Shown here piece by piece: positions 58,435-64,000 of a DNA stretch of 64,000 nt (position 1 is the first letter of the stretch; each line of letters opens with the position of its first letter). A program made the position numbers and the translations under genes. Location of the stretch: NCBI GenBank assembly GCA_964016885.1, contig OZ024740.1, positions 333,374,001 to 333,438,000 of the forward strand, read 5' to 3'. Source of the DNA: Eledone cirrhosa (lineage: Eukaryota). A model generated the notes under the pieces. It saw only the letters and a list, made by a program, of their open reading frames with translations, searched no databases and was not told where the DNA came from.

Positions 58435-59720
58435 TTTAGATATGACACTGGTAAGATAGTTTATCGCAGCAGCATAATTGAAAAAGAAAATCTCTCTGTG
58501 ATTTTATTCATGATATCAGTAGAATTCTTACCCTTTATGCCCAGGAGATACGAAGGATATTTAATCGATTAAGATGAGGCGAGATAAGCTAACCCATTTC
58601 ATAGCTTAATTTTGGATGATCTGAAAATGTTTGCCAAGAATACAAATTGTATGAAGAAAAACCTTGATCTTGTTACGATATTCTCGAAAGATATAGAGAT
58701 GAAATTTCGCCAGGACAAATTCTCCGTAAAGCGAGGTAACATTAGAAGCCAATCTAACCAACTTTCTTTGAATGGCCTGTCTATATCAACGGTCTCTAAC
58801 GAAGCCTGCTACATATATTTAAGGATAGACGAAAATGTATCCTATGATGGAATTTATGACATGGAATTACAAACCAGGGAATATAACACACGAATACGAA
58901 AAATGTTGTCTTCGGAACTCTCTCATTTGGTCTATTCGACTGGACGCTATATGGGATCCAATGCAATGACATTGCAACCGTAGAATTTCTAGCCAACACC
59001 AGATATTTCCACAGCAAACGTAACATAGACAGCCTATACCTGAAACGTAAACAGGAAATCAGAAACCTAACATATGCTCAGGCAGCATTTGAATTTCACA
59101 TAATATCCCTTCTAGAATATCTACGAACTACCAAGCGTAGGAGCCCATCTATTGTACATGTCGTCTACACGAGACAAATAACATCATGACACTTGAGAAG
59201 GAGCGCCTTCAGAAATACTCCGTGCTTGATACCCCAAAATGCACACCCAGTTAAATTTCATAACAATACCGTAATGAACCCATGGATGAAAACCTGCATG
59301 CTTATCAGCAAAACCTTATGCGAGATTATATTGCCAAGAAGCTCAAAATTTAGTGTAATATAAATAAACAAAGTAGCCTATCTTCGATCAGCATCCGCTA
59401 TAGTGGCTTTCACATTGAATCATATGTTACCTTAATTGAGGAATACAAAATAATTACAGAATATGTGACTCTCAAAAGAGATAGAAATGCACGCAAAATA
59501 CTTAGATGTGACAAGAGATGCAGAGCCTGCGGATTGAATATTGAGCATATCACTCACATCATAAGCAGTTGTCCATAGATACATACATGGATGTCATCAC
59601 GTTACTATCTACCATGATGTATTGTCCAAAACATTATCCAATGCAGTTATACATTAGAGGTAACTCCAGTTGAGAAGTGATTTTTAGCAGAAAGCATGAA
59701 GGTGTCTAATAAATATCGGT
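58435..59720 (+). mobile_element. Degraded R4/Dong-like non-LTR retrotransposon (RT plus CCHC zinc knuckle)
   Basis: LDDLKMFAKN (YMDDLKLYAK-type motif), YIYLRI, SNIDSLYLKR, CRACGLNIEHITHIISSCP. Confidence 0.75.
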
Positions 59721-62051
59721 GGATCAGTTTTATCTAATACATCTCCGTGTACTGTGTAAAGAGCTTTACGGAGTGATGGCATGAATAGTATCAACATGTT
59801 TAGCATTTATGTAACTCTGAAACACATATACGCAGAAAACCGATATACCGTTCTGATGTCTGTGGAGCATGTTCAGACGGATTCACGGCTCCATTCAGCA
59901 TTTTAAGAGAAGAAGGTTTAGACATTGACCTGCAGAATTAATTTAGAGCTGTTTCCAAGGTGCTAATTAACGAAGCTTAAACATTCCTGAATAGTTTGCA
60001 TTCCTGCATGTTTGTGGGAACCACTAATACATCTAGGTGTAGAAATGAAGCTGGTGCGGACATAGGTCATAAGGCTTCTTCATGGCTTTTAGAATTTTAA
60101 AGGAAGATGCATGAATGCTTTCCGAGGTAATGAAGACTTGCGGGTATCTGGTATTGGCAGTGCTGTCGCGTTTAAGGATGTTAAAACAAGAGGAAAATTG
60201 TAAATGGATTCTAGTAATCTCTACTGCATATGAAGAAAAAACAGTAATCCATCAACGACAAGAGCTTGAAGACAACATCAAATTTCACCTTCTAAATTTT
60301 GAAAAAGTGTGTGAGCCTCACACCTATGAAACCCCTTGCACTTTTCCTTGTAATTAGAGCCAGGATAATCAGTCATTCCACGTTTGTTTGATTATTCTAC
60401 AATAAGTGGAGTTTAATTATATACTTGAAAAAAGACATTTTATTTCCTAGGCTGTATAGCAGTAAACGTAAAGTAATGTCAACAAACATATATTATTGTT
60501 TGGTATGATTTCACTAAATATACTTTGTTTGTTGTTGAATACACGGCACACCGGAAACAAGATGGGCATGGCATAAAATATAAAGGGCGTACAGAATGTT
60601 GAGGTACATAAGAATGGAAATATTTGGTGTTTCTACAACAGGTGCATTATCACAGATTTATAGTTAGATCCAGGCGGGCTGTAACAGCTCACACGTTTAT
60701 ATAGCACAAGCATATGAGAGAAAATTAAAAGCTGCTGACATAGAACATATTCGCAGCGATAAATTAGAGATTGGATTTGTTACATTAGCACCACTTGCTG
60801 CATAGAAAACCGTGAGATGTGTGCAGCAAACAGTGCCCCCCCCCCCCCCCCAAAGAAACAATCATCTTATGGTTGCATAATTACTGCAGCGAAACTTTAA
60901 GAAAAAATAATACTCTTATGTTCGGGCATCCTTCAACTTTCAAAGTTGTAGTTAATGAAGGGAATAACCAAGACTAAGAATTTTATGTAACATTTATAGA
61001 AGAAAGTCATGATTTGTTAAGTTATAATTTTAAACACCAAAAACATACTATAATGTATCCATAATGTCAGTATAATGGAATTTGCAATGAAAGTGGAGAC
61101 ATAATGTCTGGAAAATATTTTGGTAGTCATAGTTGTCATGACTTTGATTATATGTCCACCTAAACATGCCTAGTCTAGAACTAATTAACAACAACAATAT
61201 TACTAATTATTTTCTAGGCAGAAATAGATCCCTCAAACCAATATATATAAAATACTGTCTGCATGTGTTATATTTAAAATGTTTACTATTTGAAGAATAT
61301 CTCTTCAAAAAGAATAATATTGCACAGATGATTCCAAATGTATGTCACCTTTGGGCATTGCGTTTTGTTAGAAATTATGTTCTTGTTTTGTTTACATTTA
61401 TAGAATATTCTCTTAAGAGAAAATTCTCTCTTAAGAGAAAATTCAAAGTAATTTCAGAGTAACTGAAAGGAGGATAATCTGAGCCGCACTTAACGAGCAT
61501 ATTTCTTTTATTTTACAAATATATTAATTTAGTAAATTTTAAATATAATGATTTTTCCGTTGGGGGAAATAATAATAACAAACAAAAAACATTCTCAGTA
61601 AGACAAAAATATTTTCGAGGCGTTATATACTAATGCTTATTTAGAGCAAAATATTTTTAGAAGAATTTAATCATTAAAAGCAAATTGTAAATGTACCATT
61701 AACCCTTCATAATCTTCTAGTAGATAAATAACCTGCTCAATTAAAATTTTATCAGGCGAAAATTAATTTAAAATAGCAAATAACGTTTTTATAAGGACCA
61801 AGGACCAAGGAAATTATGTTTATGATTTGAGATGTCTATAAGAAGAAAGTGTGAGTCAGTTAGAGAGAGTGAGACAGAGAGAGACAGAGAGAGAGAGAGA
61901 GAGAGGGAGGGGAGCGAGAGAGAATGTGTCTGCGTGTTCACGCTGGTACGTAAACAATTATTTAATCAGAGGAGTGCGTAGCGTTAGAGTTATAATAAAA
62001 AGCAAAGTAGCACACGAACGGATATATATATATATATGCGCGCGTGTGTGT

Positions 62052-62143
<92 letters not shown>

Positions 62144-62959
62144 CCAAAATCGAAAATATATTCAGATGGCAGTAAATGGAATATCATGCGTTTGATTTTC
62201 ATTCATATTTAAATCAATATGATTTCCAAGTCAATGGGATTCGAGTCACATTTCCGCTGAGGTTATATATAATTTTTGACGCATTTCAAATGCGTGTGTT
62301 ATGATGAACTTAAATGTAGAAACTTTGAAACTTTTCATTGAAAACCTAATTAACACAAACATATGAGACTAAAATCCTTGTTAGCAGTAATGCATACACA
62401 CACCTTCAAAGAAACACAAACGCACACTCTCCTGCAATGAAACAATAAAGCATTATGGGATATATATTTGCAGTATCTATTAGTCTCCTACCGTTTTCCA
62501 CTTTTGCCCAGCAACTATACTTTCTAATCAAAGTAGACCGTTAGGTGTTTACTTCTCATTATTCAAATTTCAATTTTCAACTCTGTTAATTAGGAAATAC
62601 ATTCTTCACATACAATTTAAGGGGAATTTATTACAATTCCAATTAAATTAAATGGTTTCACCTATATTCAATGCATGGTAATTCTAATTTATTTCGCAAA
62701 TAATTTGTATTTTGCAAAATGAGTGACAAAAGACACTTTAATTTTCTTGTACGGAACATGATTAAAAATCCCCTTTTTTCCTAATACAACATAACTCGCC
62801 TTTTTGTTGCTTTCTTCGTACTACGAATATATCGACTGGGCCTTTCTTAAAAATAATTTTTATTAGTATTTAATCATATAACATCTTAAACGTTACAGAG
62901 ATATGTTTATTTGTTTTACGTTATATACTCTTTGTAATAGGGTTAAACATATTTAGTTA

Positions 62960-63790
62960 ACTTTATGCAAGATAGTTCGGTTTTCAAACGTGTCCATGAA
63001 TATTAAGAAACAGGGGATGTGACAGTACTGACAATTGGTAGATTTCAGCTGTCAAGTTGTTTGGTATCACCTTATCACCATTTATCCGAACAATATACAC
63101 GCATATTCCTATAGATATATCAGGGCAACGAGAACTTATCCTTAGATGATCCCATACTTGGGAAGAAAACTCCACAAGAGCTCCGTCAAACGCAGTCATA
63201 TCTTGATTGTTGAGATATACGACGCAAGTATACACCTCTTGGCAATATTCCAATGATTTCTCAAAGATATGCCATAGTGTGAAATGTTGGTCAAGTGTGT
63301 GGTGAGTGGGCGGAAAACACGCTATTTTTCAGCTAGCTTAGACTTGATAGAATTCTTATATGTCTTTCACAGACACTTAGCACTGCTTTTACTGAGGAGT
63401 CTTTAAAAGGAGTTCCCTCTATAATTCTAGCAATTTCTCTTGTCACCTAATTTGAAAATTTGCAATATCACTCCAGATTGCCATTTCATCGGTATTGTTC
63501 CAGATATGCAGTTCACTCAGCCAATAGGAGTCAGTCAGAGAGCATATTCTGTATTTAAGGCTTTTAATATACTGGATTGAATTTCATCATCTCAATATAA
63601 TTGCTCGAATGATCTTAACCACGTAGAAATTAGTCATCACTCCGAGATTTACATTGTGTACGTAGTAAGATATTATAAAGAACGGGTTAATGAGATCAGC
63701 ATAAAATTCTCTTCTCCTCGCAAAGAGAAATTTATTTCAATATCACCGGATGATCTACCAGAATACAACATTTGCTGATCTGAAGTCAGA
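62960..63790 (-). mobile_element. Degraded RTE-clade LINE reverse transcriptase fragment
   Basis: DDEIQSSILKAL, GTIPMKWQSGVILQIFKLGDKRNC*NYRG and TLDQHFTLWHIFEKSLEYCQEVYTCVVYL...AFD. Confidence 0.8.
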
Positions 63791-63873
63791 TTCCATCTTA
63801 AACGAAAAGTTCTACTATGTCTTTACAGCTGTATAACATTTCATATATCAATGTTATATCATATGTATATTTA

Positions 63874-63955
<82 letters not shown>

Positions 63956-64000
63956 AGAATGTGAGTGTTTTTTTTACAAAATGAAAAATAACCGGTGTCC

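Overview
Repeat-saturated, AT-rich animal genomic DNA, most likely octopus or another coleoid cephalopod. This is an inference from the tRNA-derived SINE family with the GCCTTTCATCCTTACGGGGTCGATAAA core and the extreme density of (TA)n, (CA)n and (GA)n. No host protein-coding gene is securely identifiable; nearly all ORF-track entries are microsatellite or antisense artefacts. The window is dominated by Penelope-like retroelements (PLEs; RT followed by GIY-YIG) of at least four families, including a near full-length copy with direct pseudo-LTRs (38660-43403) and a copy bracketed by ~740-bp inverted pLTRs (12425-16949). It also holds nine or more SINE copies and fossils of CRE-, R4-like and RTE non-LTR elements, mariner, a possible hAT and a Helitron end. 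The most striking unannotated layer has three parts. (i) About 20 minimal type-I hammerhead ribozyme (HHR) motifs. (ii) Many short fold-back modules derived from HHR-bearing pLTRs that sit inside (TA)n tracts, including two copies of one module whose central segment is flipped, moving the intact ribozyme core from one strand to the other. (iii) A tandemly duplicated unit carrying convergent pairs of tRNA-like sequences. All calls were made by eye and coordinates of degraded elements are approximate.
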